Assembly: GCA_030704615.1 (NCBI GenBank)
Contig: CM060734.1
Span: 7,626,001-7,690,000 of the forward strand
Direction of reading: 5' to 3'
Length of the DNA: 64,000 bases
Source of the DNA: Takakia lepidozioides
Taxonomy: Eukaryota; Plantae; Bryophyta
The notes beneath the pieces were generated by a model. It saw only the letters and a program-made list of their open reading frames with translations, was not told the origin of the DNA and searched no databases. The translations under genes and the position numbers were made by a program. Of this stretch, positions 13,756 to 25,830 are shown piece by piece; position 1 is the first letter of the stretch; the number at the start of each line of letters is the position of its first letter.

Positions 13756-15645
13756 GGAGATTGAGTCTCTCTTTGATGGCATTGACTTTTCTGAGCCTCT
13801 AACTTGTGCCCGCTTTGAGGAGACATAGCGGACAAAAGAGCAGCTGGAGGTCTTGGTTAAGAAGACTGTACTCCCAGCGAGGAGTCTTGAAGCTGCAGGG
13901 TGGGTGGAGCTGGAGAGGAGCTGCAGAGAATCCAAGTAGTCCATAGGAGTCTTCCATGTGAACTTGAGGTATCAAAACTTCAGTTGAGTTCTGAACTTGT
14001 TGTCTCGGGGTTTCTTGTGGTGCCAATTGAACTCTATTTCATCCCCTTCACCAGGGGCCTTCCCATTGAGGGGGGATGGTGACCTTCCAGGTAAACCTTG
14101 CGTTGGGAAGACTGGTTCCGAGCACGTTGTTTTTGCCCCATGAGTGCTGGAAATCTTGAAGCAGCCGTCTCCCCCGCTGTTCTGAAATTTTGGGAATAGC
14201 TGCACATACATCTTCAAAAGCCTTCCTCCCCTCAGTTAGCAGGTCTTGATATGTACAAAACAATATAAATCTACCACTGGGTGGTTTTCCCTCAAAAACC
14301 CAAGCACATCGCATCTTCCATAAATTCCATAAAGTGAGGGCTCTCAGGGAAGCCCATACGGGATTGGAGTAGAAAGTGAGGACTACCTGCCAAATCCTTC
14401 TTGACAGATTGCAGAAGGAGAGAGTGCTCAATTGTTTCTGGTTCAACATTGCAAACAGAGCATAGAGGTTGGGCTTCGTGGGTTTTTTGGCTGATAAGTA
14501 GAATCATGTGAGCAACTTTGCACAAAAAACTGGAGACCTTAGCCGCACGGTCTTTCCTCCAGACATCCTTCCATATTTTGTTCCAGTCAATTTGAGTAAA
14601 TTGATGGTTCGACCACTTTGTGTACCACTTGGCAAGGAAAGATCTGGCATGGTTAAGGAGGGTATACCCCAATTTTACAGAGTATGCAAAGAAGGGCGAG
14701 TGTTTTTTGTCCATCCATCTCCATTCCCCAGGGTCGAACTGCAGAATTTTTTTTCATAGCAGTGCTTCTGCACAGTAGATGGCTATTTTCCTGGATCGAT
14801 TATCCCTAAGCCCCCTTTGCTTTTTTTCTGACATAATTGATCCCAAGAAACTTGGGCACGTCTCACTGGGGATGTGGGTGTGGCACCCCAGATGAAATTG
14901 CGAGCAAGGGCTTTACTTTCTTTTGTGATGGTTGTCCAGGGTTCCAAACAACAGAGTAGAACCAATATTGGGTAGCCAACAAAACTTGATTTACCACCAA
15001 AGCCCTTCCGACAATAGACAGCATTGTCGAGCTCCAGAAGGCCAGCTTTTTTTTTAGCTTTGAGATGACTTCCTTCATTCTATTCTGCTGAGATAAGTTG
15101 TGACCCACTTGATGCCCCAGCAGCTTGTGAGACTCTCTCTCCTGCAACCATGTCAAACCAATATCATCCCCCCAGGGTTGGCAGTGAGCTGCTACTGTTC
15201 CATTTTGCATGATTGATAGAATGCCGACCGATTTTCTCCAGTTGACCTTTAGACCTATGCCTAGGCAAAAGGTATGAAGGGCTTGCGGGGCCCTATCAAT
15301 GTTCCCCCGATTGGAATTATCCAGCAGCAAAGATGTGTCATCGGCATTCATGGAAGTTTTAAGCATCTCTGGCTGCAGAGTTGGCAGATGTAGCCCAACA
15401 ATATATTGCCTGTGGTCAAACAGATGGCCCAAAGAATCTGCTACAATGAGAAAAAAGAAAAGGGGCCAATGGGCAGCCCTGCTGCACTGACCTGGAAATT
15501 GGAAAAGATGGAGAGATGACCCCATTAACCATGACCCTACTGGAGGCTGAATGTAATAAGATCTGGACCCAAGTGGTGTGAATGGTCCTCCTAGCCCAGA
15601 TTTCTCCAGAGCTCTCAAGAGAAAATTCCAGTCAATTGATACGGT
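13756..15645 (-). mobile_element. L1/Tx1-type LINE ORF2 fragment (RT C-terminal part and zf-RVT), frameshifted
   Basis: SIDWNFL, degenerate ADDTSL, GLKVNWRKS, LSIVGRALVVNQVLL, QVSWDQLC..KSKGGLGI, CSVCNVEPETIEH and WNLWKMRC..VFEG. Confidence 0.88.
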
Positions 15646-15646
15646 G

Positions 15647-15677
<31 letters not shown>

Positions 15678-15763
15678 AGAGCAGAAGTGATGATCGGTGC
15701 CGATCATCACTTATTCTCTGTTTTGGCATTTGGGTAGTTGTGATGATCGTCGACGATCACCAC
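15647..15763. repeat. Poly(A) tract followed by two palindromes sharing the half-site GTGATGATCG
   Basis: A-run at 15647-15676; aagtgatgatcgg-tg-ccgatcatcactt at 15685-15712; gtgatgatcgtcgacgatcaccac at 15740-15763. Confidence 0.75.
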
Positions 15764-16159
15764 CTCTACTTGATAATTGATACTTGATTTCCAAACATGC
15801 AAGGGCTTAGTATGTAGACCATATCTAAATCAGTCTGGGCGATTTTTACGTAGGAAAGCTTCAATTCCACTCCGGCTAACTTTGAGGGTTGGGGATTTGC
15901 ACTGGGAATTGCTACTACACCTTGTTATCGACTAATACAAAAGCTTGTTGAAACTAGCATGCTCATTCTCCCTTTCATGGGAGGGATAAAGGTCTCACTT
16001 CGGCAATCGTACACTTATCAAATCGCAGTTTATGACACGAGGGGCAGCGGTGGGATAGATGTTAAAGATGTAGTCTGCAATGACTGGAAATGGTAAATCA
16101 TTCCGCAGAAATAGGCACCCACCTCACGCCTCTGGGCTCACGATCTAGCATTCCCCCTT

Positions 16160-16357
16160 CCATCTATTCTGTCTGCGGTTATAGGTCCGTGCCTATGGAA
16201 ATGACGTGGAATGACGTGACGTGGCGTCAACCACGCTGGCGAGGACTGCTGACGTGTCGTGACACCCGTGAACCAATGTGGCGAGAACTGCTGACGTGGC
16301 ATAAGCCTGACTGTGCTCACACGCTCATGCGGTCAGGCTCACGCGGAGGCATCCCCC
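16160..16357 (-). mobile_element. Orphan terminus related to the Mutator-like element end at 26970
   Basis: Ends gctcacgcggaggcatccccc (reverse complement GGGGGATGC...GTGAGC), matching ggggggatgctagtccgtgagc at about 26972. TGACGTGG subterminal repeats. Confidence 0.55.
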
Positions 16358-16699
16358 TATCTTGTTAATGAGCCGCACTGCACATTGTGGCGTCTCTTCC
16401 CACTCTGTCAAGACCAAAACTGCAGACACATCAGCTCTTGACAGGTTTCTGGGGGCTGTTTATGCCTCAACATGCATGCCAAGGATGCAGAATTCCCTTA
16501 CTCGCCTGAATGTAAGGCAACTCTCATTACAACGCCACCCACTTCAAATGCTCACTACTCAGACTCCAGGAAAGTCATCCCTCTTACTCTAGCTTCTCTA
16601 TTTTGGCCCTTCTCAAAATGACTCTCGCGACTGATGTTATCTACTGTTGATTCTCTCAAGTCTTCATAACTTCTATCTGTGTCTTCCTCCGGAATCCTT

Positions 16700-17633
16700 G
16701 CTCCTCGCGGTTGTTGCCCCCTGCTGAAGCTCATGCTTCTCGCACTTCACCTCAGAGTCATTTCGTTGCTGTTTGTTGTGTTGCGTGTGTTGTCTTGTTC
16801 GCCTCCACTGTGCCTGTGTCTTCCGAACCTGCAGGGCTCAAATGGAGTCCAGAGGAGCAAGTCATAAACGCTCAAAGCGAGGAGGATCCTCCCTCCCCAG
16901 CAGAGGCCAGAGCCAAACTTGGCAAAAGAAAATGAACTCCGTAGAGGCATGGGGTGCCTCCATATTGGGGAAGGGTCCCAGCTCCATCATTCCACCCCCC
17001 TCCCCCATCTGCAGATACGCCATGGGAAGACACTCTAGCGCCAGTGGAAGCAGAGCAGCGTGTGCTCAAGCTAAACAAAGAAAAACTGAAAGCTGCACAG
17101 GCTCAGAAGCTATCACAAAGAGGGGTCCTCATATATTTCCCAGGGAAGCTGTGCCCTAGAGCTTGGGTTCGTCATTGGTGGTGGAACACCTGGGAGGAGA
17201 TGGCGGACTGGCGCAACATTTCTGCATGTCAATGGGGCGAGGTTTCTATGCCATCTTGGTTCCCCCATTGAAGCAGACAACGCCATTCGATTCAACACCC
17301 AACAATCAGCGGCCAAAGTCTATATTTTCCTCTGCACTCATGACTAGGGACATAAGCAAACTCGTTATTCTGGCATATTCATGTGGGAATCGAAGAAATT
17401 TTGATAGATCACGTTCACCATGAAATAACACGAGGGGTAATGTGGAAGCCAAGGGTGATTGCCATCCCCTTTCTTCCCCCAACCTACTTTACGTCGCTCC
17501 CCAAAACTGGCTCAAACTTCGGGACATCATTGGCGCGATTAACGTCTATGAGCCTATTCAAGATCAAATCCTAAGTGTTGACAATGACGCGGCTCAATTT
17601 GACTACAACTTGATAATGGAGTTCCTAAACTAG
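16700..17633 (+). mobile_element. LINE ORF1-like (RRM/DUF4283-type) N-terminal fragment, frameshifted
   Basis: GVLIYFPGKLCPRAWVRHWWWNTW...CMSMGRGFYAIL resembles plant L1 ORF1 proteins. Confidence 0.5.
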
Positions 17634-17829
17634 TGGTACTCATGCCAGCTACAGCCACCATCGGCAAATCGATCATGCTGCCCAGGTTATTTTGTCCTCC
17701 TTGAAATTGTTATTATAGAACTTACAATTGTAATTGCAGATTGTTATGGAATGGATGCCACAGTTTTAGGCTTATTTCCCATTTCGGGTATTCTTGATGG
17801 TATTCTTGATGGTATTTTGGTTTCATGTT

Positions 17830-18036
17830 GCCTAAGTTCATCCCACGGTCATAGGACCCTTGGGTATAGGCGTCGTATGTTTCTGTTGACGTGGTGTATG
17901 CCAACGTGGCGCCACATCAGCATTGGCCTCCATGTCAGCCAGCTGACATCACGCTCACGCCACATCAGCGTTGCTGCCCACTCGCGCCACGTCTTCACCG
18001 TGTGAGCGTACGCTCATGCGCGAGGCTCACGCGATT
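17830..18036 (-). mobile_element. Second orphan terminus related to the Mutator-like element end
   Basis: cccacggtcataggacccttgggt (about 17842) matches the reverse complement of acccaagggacctattcccgtggg (about 27097-27121). It ends gctcatgcgcgaggctcacgc, like the copy at 16320. Confidence 0.6.
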
Positions 18037-18039
18037 GCC

Positions 18040-19133
18040 GCAATTATTTCAACAACCTTCTCAATGCACTCAAACAAAAAACAATCAATATCACAAACTT
18101 CACAAAGCGAGTCGTCAGGTGCTTGGGATAGTTTGTTCTTCCTGTCATGATTTGTCTCCACCCTTCTAGCTTCAAAGTACTCGGGCCCTAGGTCTACGAA
18201 ATTATCAAAGTTGTAATAATTGGGATCGCAACTATCCAGCAAACTAGGTGACCATGCAGGACTTGGTGACCATGCCTCTACCTCTACAAGATTAGCATAG
18301 TCGCTAGCACTCGGTGAGTTTAAACGAATAGCAAGACTCAGATCGACAACATTGTCTCCAGGCACGATTGACACCGGCAGGGCAAGAGTGCCAGGCGGCG
18401 CAAGGGATGGAGGGTTAGCAGGATTAGCAAGACTATCAGAAAGCGTAATGAGCAGATCAAGCTGAATGTGCAAACTTTCTTCCTCACGACTAACAACGCA
18501 GCTAGAGACCGAAACATGCGACGCCATAACAGGAAGGGTAAGCAAGATTAGCACATAAGCAAAAGGAATGCATAATAGCGAAAAAAAACACAGAGACGGA
18601 CGGGCTGCAGCCATTCTTATACAGCCCTGATGGGCACTAACACATCACATAAGCACACCACTGTAGGTGATTAGGGAAAGGACAATCGATCACACCTAGC
18701 ACGGCTCCACCATAAAACAAGATGGAGGAATAATCTCCTGTCCTCTCAAGTATTGAACAAAATGACAAGGGGCGAGCAAGGAGGAGCCTGCAATCACGCG
18801 AGAGGAGGATCTTTGCGAGCCAACTGACAGAAAATCTCACACACGTATCTGATTGACACCTTTACACACATACATACACCAGCGTACATAAGCTGCCTGA
18901 CCTTGTGTTAGGCCGCCGCTTTATAGAAACCCTAGCTGCATGCCTACATGCCACGTGGCGAGGGGTGATAGGCTAAGCCCGCGACGCCTTTTTCACAGCC
19001 CTAGATCTAGTGGATGGCCAGGATGCGGCCACCCTCATTAACTAACCCTGGCTATGCCATCATTGTAACGGTTTAACGGTACTTAAGCCAAAAAATTATA
19101 CGATGAATGAGTATCGCCGTTTTGGATGAATAG
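18040..19133 (-). mobile_element. Truncated copy of the gypsy-B family: LTR segment plus low-complexity 5' ORF
   Basis: 18721-19133 is the reverse complement of 46732-47165 (3' LTR region of the gypsy at 40153-47170). ORF 18027-18614 follows on the same strand. Confidence 0.75.
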
Positions 19134-21222
19134 GAAGAGGATCGCTGACTCTGCCTCGCCCCAGGCCCAGTCCCAGCCACTGAACATTAATGAGGATCAG
19201 GTGAAAGTACCAACAAATACAAACGCAAATGATGACACCACTGCTGCACCTCAAGCTTCCAAGAAACGAAAGAGAAACGGAGATCTGGCTACATGGAGCC
19301 ACCCCAATCGGCCATCTGCCTTCTTCCCTGTAAGAATTATGGAAGCATGGGCCTCCTTTCCCTTCTTTGAAACAGACCTGCATAAGTTGGACAACAGCAG
19401 CCTTGCTATTTCATTCCTGGAGCTACACTCTTTCAAAACAAGGCCTTTGACAGGTTGGACGCCAGGCTCTGATTATGCAAGGGAGAAAGCCGTCATCTGC
19501 CTTACACCATTGCAGCTATATGCATTCATTGATGATTACACAAACTTTTTCCTCCCCGGTGTCAAAGATGGCTTCCAATCTGCTTCGGTATCCGAAGCCA
19601 TGGCCAAACAATTTGGCCTGGGAAAAGAAAGAGAAATAACGCTGGTGCTCACACAGCTTTGCATCTCGACTTAGCTATTGTCCATGTGCTGCCAGTTCTT
19701 TACAATAGGGACTTGGATACTACTGGAAACCATAATTCTTGGCTATAGGTGTGCAAAGCATATTTGTCTTGCAGGGTGAAGGATCCCAACGAATGGGCCA
19801 GAAGCAAAAGGATTTTTTAAGAAGGTTTCCATCCGCAGCACCAGCTCCCAGTGGGTGTTAATTTCTTGTAGTGGGGTCACACCTTTCAGCTTCTGCATGT
19901 TGAAGCAGCAGGCCATAATGTTCCCCCCAGAGAGTCAATTTTGGACTGATTCAGTTTATGTTCTTGCAGAAAAAGAATGGAGGTACCCCGGATATAGTTG
20001 GAGGCCCAGTTTCTGACCCTTTCCCTTTTCGGGGCGGAGTGATCAGATCCCAAACCTCTTACATTCCCTGAGCAGGTGGAAATATTCATGGGAAGGTGGG
20101 AAGAAGGCCCTTGGGTTTACCAAGATTTGATGGCCATGAAGGTCGTCTGAACAGTTCATATCTTTCAACTTGGGTCAAACCTTGGGCAGTGTAGAGATAC
20201 TGAACATCTACACCCCCAATGAAGAAGAGGAAAGAGTTTCTCTCTGGTCTCTCATCAGATATAAACTGCTGCATCATTCTGATATACAACACTAGCTAAT
20301 TGGGGGGGACATGAATGTGGTTGAAGATGAAATTGACAGACAGGGGCCCTCCACCCATACACTTTCTATTGTGGAAACTCCTGGGACCCTATGTGTTTTG
20401 TTGTGGGCCTGTTGGATGCTACTACACCACTTCCTGGCGAGCTGCAGCATACATGGTCCCACAATCGTGCCCCTCTAGACCTCTGCTAGGCCCGGCTGGA
20501 TCGTTTTTATGCCACCCCCACTCTTCTTTCTTGGCTTAAACGTACTTCAATTCAACCGATATTGCCGGGCTTCGATCATTATGCAATAAAATGTTTTGCT
20601 TGGCACCCCTGGGTCCAGAACGAGGTGAAGGGGGTTTTTTAAACTCAATCCACTCATCCTCAAGGACCCCCAGGTGGTCCAGACCCTTCAAGAGGCTTGG
20701 TCTGATGCTATTCCTCCATTCTCCTCACCTACTATTATATTTCTGTCAAAGCTCCGCATGCTACCTTTGCCAGGACATTTCTAGGAAAAAAACTGAAGAG
20801 GACTCTCGCAGGCAAAAGGCACTAACCAAATGTCTGGAAGTGTGTCAGTACCAGCTGCAAAGTGATCAGGAGGGCCCCTGCACAATGATCACTTATGTGA
20901 CAGCAAAAAGAAATCTCTCCCTGCTGCTACATGATAAGGAACAATTCATGAGGATAAAAGCAGGGGTTAACGGGTCACTCAAAGGAGAAAGATGACAAGG
21001 TAATTCTTCATCAAGGCGGCCCAAAGAAGATCTGCCACAATGATCCCAGTGCTGCTGGATCCCGCCTCAGGGTTTTCCACGGATTGTCCAAAGAAGATGG
21101 CTGCGGTGGCTGTAGGTTATTTTAAACAGCTGTTTCACAGGCAAGAGGCCTCACCTCCCAAGGATAGGGCTACATAGATCCTCCTTCACCATATTCCCTG
21201 CATGCTATCTGAAAGTGACAAG
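19134..21222 (+). mobile_element. L1-type LINE: ORF1 C-terminus and ORF2 APE endonuclease, with an internal 229-bp inversion
   Basis: APE motifs NVRGL and ILFLQEHK on the minus strand (19886-20089), then NIYTPN..ER..LW, GGDMN, ARLDRFY and FDH on the plus strand (20090-20600). Confidence 0.85.
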
Positions 21223-21282
21223 CCGCTGATTTCTGGGCTTCTCAACCAGCTGGGACGAGCGAAGATTTTCACCAAAATTGAC
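21223..21282 (+). other. 60-bp fragment of Tcn1-type gypsy RT
   Basis: ccgctgatttctgggcttctcaaccagctgggacgagcgaagattttcaccaaaattgact is nearly identical to 36433-36493. Confidence 0.8.
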
Positions 21283-21530
21283 TCATCCCATCTCTTGTCT
21301 TGAATTTGGATTTCTAATTTTGCTTCAAAATAGAGGGTGAACGACTGCCCTGGTTGCGATCTGGTCGAGGGAGGATGGGTGACAAACTAATGCCTGATCC
21401 TACCTTGGAAAGGGGTGTACTTGGATCTAGTAAAGGCTCGGAGAGAGAGAGAGAGTAGACTCTGGCCGAAGCCGGCGTAACTAAGAGCCACTTCACCTTT
21501 CGGCTACTACCCCCTTTCGGGGGTGGGCCC

Positions 21531-24500
21531 TATATATATATATATATATATATATAACTAAAGAGAGAGTGTCCTGAGGGACACCAGGTAGCCAGGGGGG
21601 TGGAGGGCCTATGGGCCCCGAGGCGCATTAGAAGAACCAGACTCGAGTTGGCGTTTGTTGGTGATGATAGCTGTGAGGGAACGGAGTGTTGTGAGGTGGA
21701 TTTCCTTGAAGCATTTATAGATGGGGGGGGGAGGGATTTTGAAGTTATTATGTATATCATTGATGCTGGTGTTGTGGATGCCACCCCTTGTTCCGGCAGT
21801 GACAACGGTGAGTGGGCCTGTTGCCCAACCCTGCCGTCGAATTGCCAGGATGAGGGGGGCATATTTTTGTCGATTCTCAAGGATGGAGTCGCTAGGGTAC
21901 CTATCATGGCAAAATGTAAATTCGATGAAGTAGACGGTAAATTGTGGGGATGGGGAGGCAGGTGCTGGGGCAGTAGTGGGTAGACCTTGGATAATAAGTA
22001 TGTCTGGGCAAAGTCTAGCTGGGCAGGAGCATGGTGATCGGGTACATGTGCATGGTAGCAACCATGGCGGTACAGTGTGGTCTGGTGGTCTTCCCTGGTA
22101 AGTACCAGCATTAATGAGCGTGAACCAACGTGTCTCAGCACGTTTTGAGAAGAGTTTATGTAGGTGCCATACTGCGTGGTTGTGTCGGGTAATATGTAGG
22201 CCATGAATAACCGGGTGTGTGCATCGGCTAAGGAGGTGAGGCCAGGTATCCCGTTCGTGATGTGTTGTTGAGCACTGGGGGCAGTATGGCGATGGGTAGA
22301 GTCGTGGCCAGAAAATATGCTTACGTTGATGACCCATATACTGTGCGTATCTGAACTTGAGTGTTTGACGGATTTGCGCATTAGGGGTAGCTTTGGTTTG
22401 CCAGAAGTGGTTTGAGAGTTTGTGGTGCAACACTTTGGATTTGGTCCATTTTTGAATATGGACCTTTGTATGGCTAATTGAGTCAGCAGCTTGTTTATTG
22501 GCTTCACGGGTGAGAGTGGCTAAGAGATTACGTATTGGTCGGGGTGCAGGGGGGTCTGGGACGGGGTGAATAAACCAGAATGGGTGAGTGTGGGCAATGT
22601 GGATAGGGTCATCCGTGGGGTAGACTTTGGGTTTAGTGGCGCCAAGTTGGGCAAGTAGATCCGCTTCCTCATTACCTTGGATGCCAGTGTGGGAGCGGAC
22701 TTTGAGGAATTGGATTGGGTGTCTTATAGTTATAGCAGTGTTAACAATGGCTGTAATGAGATTGTGATCAGGGTGATGATGATGGGAAGAAGGACGGGAT
22801 ATATGGTTGCGGATCAGAAATAGGGAGGTGAGGCTGTCCTTGAAGATGAAGTATGGGGGCGGGAAGGAGTCTAGTAGGAGGAGGGCATCATATATGGCCA
22901 TCAGTTTGGCCTTTAGGATGGTAGCCGGACCTGGTAGCCGGAGGGCGACCCTTGCCTTGTTCCTGCATGATAAATACCATAGCCCGCATCGGGTTGGGTG
23001 AGGGAACCGTCAGTGTAGTGCGAGTTGATGAGGGGATATTTGGGGGTGGTGTTTTGTTGATAAATTAGGGGGATTGGGGGAGGGGGTAGTGTGGGTACTG
23101 TAATCTGGGGGGGGGGGGGGGGGGGGGGGCGGAACCGTTATGCTCTAGGCTTTGTTTGGTTTGGTCCGAGAGAGGGTGACGGGTGTTGTGGTGTAGGGGA
23201 GGTGAGGTGGGTGATGGATGGTAGCTTTTAATTTATGTTTGATGGTGAGTAACTGTTCTAGATGTTGCATGAAGGGGGTCGGGACGTCTATGTGGAGGCG
23301 GTGCTGTACCTATAAGATAAGGGTTAGTGTTGGTTCCTTTTGGTTGAGGTATTTGGGGAGAGGGGGGGTGTGGACATATTTAAGCTGGTTTGGGTCTATT
23401 GTAGCAAGTAGGTTGACTTCTGGCGGGAGACGTAGCAGGGGGTGAGAGGGGCAAGGGGCGTTTTGTTGTGTGAGGATGAGGATGGTGGAAGTGGAAGGGG
23501 ATGAGTGCGCTGCTAATTTTGCCCATTTAAGAGCTTCATGTGTGAGGGGGCCGGGGGGGGGGCAAAGCCCCGGCCTATCCAGGTGTGCTGGGTAGCGTTG
23601 CCTATGGCTCCAAAGACACAGTTCCGGTGGTGTGGACTGGAAAATGTAAGGAGGTCCATAGGGCATGCTAGTGGGCTTGAGTAGTATGAATGAGTGAGCT
23701 GGAATGTGCTGATAAATAAGGTGAGAATATCTTAGTGCAGGACTTGGTGTGCGCATGCTGCTCCTAGTTTGGTGAGGGATCTTGGTTTCTTGGGGGGGGG
23801 GTTCTTTAAGGAAGCGGTCAACTAGCCAGTATAGCTCGGTAGCGAAGTCTTGTTTCGGGGGTTGAAGAGTTTGCGGGTGTGTGTTTATGGCGGAGTATCT
23901 TTCCCAAAGCCATTTTAGCCTATTGTTAGGGATGAGTCCAATGAAGCGGCCATGTTGGGCGTAGATATTGGAAAGGCGAGGGCCCATATGGATGAATGGG
24001 TGATCATGTTTTATATCTTTGTCCGGGTTACATTCAGTTATATCGATGTGCACATTAGGGGCATCAATTGGCTTGTGGATATATCGGTTGTCTATAGGTT
24101 GGGTGGGGGCAGTGTGTTGTTGATGGATGTGTGCTAAGTAGTCGGTTTTTGTCCGTTTATGAAAGGCGGTGAGAAGGGCAAGGTTATGGTCGGGATCACA
24201 CTCGTCATGTAGTCCGAACAGATCATCCTCGGTCTGCCATGTGTTGTCGTCTGAGGAGTAGCCAGCCCATTTGCAGTGATAGTATGTATCAACGGAGGTG
24301 GCACCAAAGGTGTCAATTGATGTTTGGGTCTTAATTCCCAGTATAGCTTCAATGACGTAGGCATCAGGGTTATCGGAGTTGTGTGGGGGTGGTACTACGG
24401 GAGTAGTTTGAGGGTGGGTAGGGGTGTCTGGCGGATTAGGTACTTGACTGGGGGTTTGAAGTGGGTCGTTGCTAGGTTCATCATGTTGTGGGGTAAATGG

Positions 24501-24890
24501 CTGAGAGGGAGGGTTGGATTTGGTGGAATATGTTGTTCTGAGTGTGTGGTAGATGGAGGCAGCTGGAGTAGATCGGTACTGAGGGAGTAGGTCCTGAACC
24601 GTATGGGGGTGGTAAAGACATGAAAGGTCACATCAGAGAGTACAAGCTGTTGACGGGTGACAGAAGAGGGTACGGAGGTGGTGTAAGTAACGGCTGGTTT
24701 TGGACGTGGCTCGGGAGAATTTAAGGGTGAATTCACTTGGTTTTAAAAGTCGGTGGCCTGTGGCAGTGGTAAGTTGGGTAAGGGTGGTGATGCAGCGCTC
24801 TTGGAAGTAAGCGAGGATAGGGATTTTTTTGCTTTGGGTGGGAGATGTTGAACTGTGATAGGAAAGGGTTTGTAAGCCATGTTTGTTCTA
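21531..24890 (-). mobile_element. 5'-truncated Dualen/RandI-like non-LTR retrotransposon (chromodomain, MTase-like region, RNase H, CCHC finger, RLE), ending in (TA)n
   Basis: RNase H KVRSHTGIQGNEEADLLA; zinc finger CPQC...HLLSRC; RHNHAV; RLE PDILII...IEFTFCHD; ECNPDKDI motif. Stop at 21609, short 3' UTR, (TA)n at 21531-21556. Confidence 0.8.
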
Positions 24891-25189
24891 GTAAGGCTCA
24901 GATGTGAGTGTGGCGGGTCTAGAACAAGATGTGCAGGAAGAGGTGATCCATGATCCGACGGTGTTGAATTCGGGATGTGTTGATGGTGATTTTTCCTTGC
25001 TACGTGATGAGCTACTCTCTGGTGAACCTTATTTGCATCCTGCGATGGTTACACTGGCTGATGGAGTCAAAGCTTGTGACTAGGAAGAGGGTATCTCGGC
25101 ATATCAACAATCCTTTGGTGGTAATGTTAGCATGCATCATAGTTCTTTTGGTTTACAAGGTTCATTGGGCTCTATCACGGACATAGCCC

Positions 25190-25828
25190 AGAGGAACTTA
25201 CCAGGAGTAAATATCAGAAGTTACCATGTTACCGAAAGTTACCATGATTTATCGTGATTTGCCATGATCTACCATGATTTACCATAAGTTATCATTAGTT
25301 ACCAAGTTACCAAAAGTTTACCAAAATTACCGAGAGTAACTTGGGAAATTGCTCAGACAGCTTCCTTTGGAGGAAACTTCTCCATCAAGATACCTCCTTT
25401 GTTTAAGGAAACTTCTTCATCAAGAAACCTTTGTTTAAGGAAACATCTCCTCAAGAAACCTTTGTTTAACCTTGGAAACTTCTCCATCAAGGAACCTCCA
25501 TTGGGGAAGCTTCTTAGGGAACTTCCTAGTAGCCAGTATATATAGGAGGCGAGATTAGACACTTTTAGTCTCGCCAACACAAGTTCAAGCTACTCTTGTT
25601 TCCAATCCCAATACTCAAGTCCAGCTTCTTGTACTCTAGTCCAGTTTCCAGCATTCCAGTATTCAAGTCGAGTTCCAGTATCTTGTACTTTTGTCCATTG
25701 TTATAAAGATCATCTTGATTCATGTTTATCCATCATGCATTCGGCCACGCCGACCTTGACTTCTTGTCTAGTCTTGTACCTCTAGTTTGATCTCTTGTTT
25801 GTGTTCAATCATGTTCTCGTCCTTGACA
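25190..25828 (+). repeat. 5' LTR (5'-truncated) of chromovirus gypsy-A
   Basis: Matches 39573-40152 and ends ccttgaca. Contains GTTACC-type microrepeats, a tandem GGAAACTTCTCCATCAAG unit and a TATA box at 25537-25544. Confidence 0.92.
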
Positions 25829-25830
25829 GT

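Noticed and set aside
20086-20292. Minus-strand ORF as the LINE ORF1 end
   Set aside because: The plus strand here encodes clear APE motifs (NIYTPN..ER..LW), so this ORF is an antisense shadow.
21455-21530. Hammerhead or HDV ribozyme call
   Set aside because: There is no CUGAnGA core and no HDV P3/L3 pattern, so it is kept only as an unclassified structured-RNA candidate.
21530-22507. 325-aa ORF as a separate gene
   Set aside because: It is an alternative frame overlapping the RNase H/RLE ORF and has no motifs.
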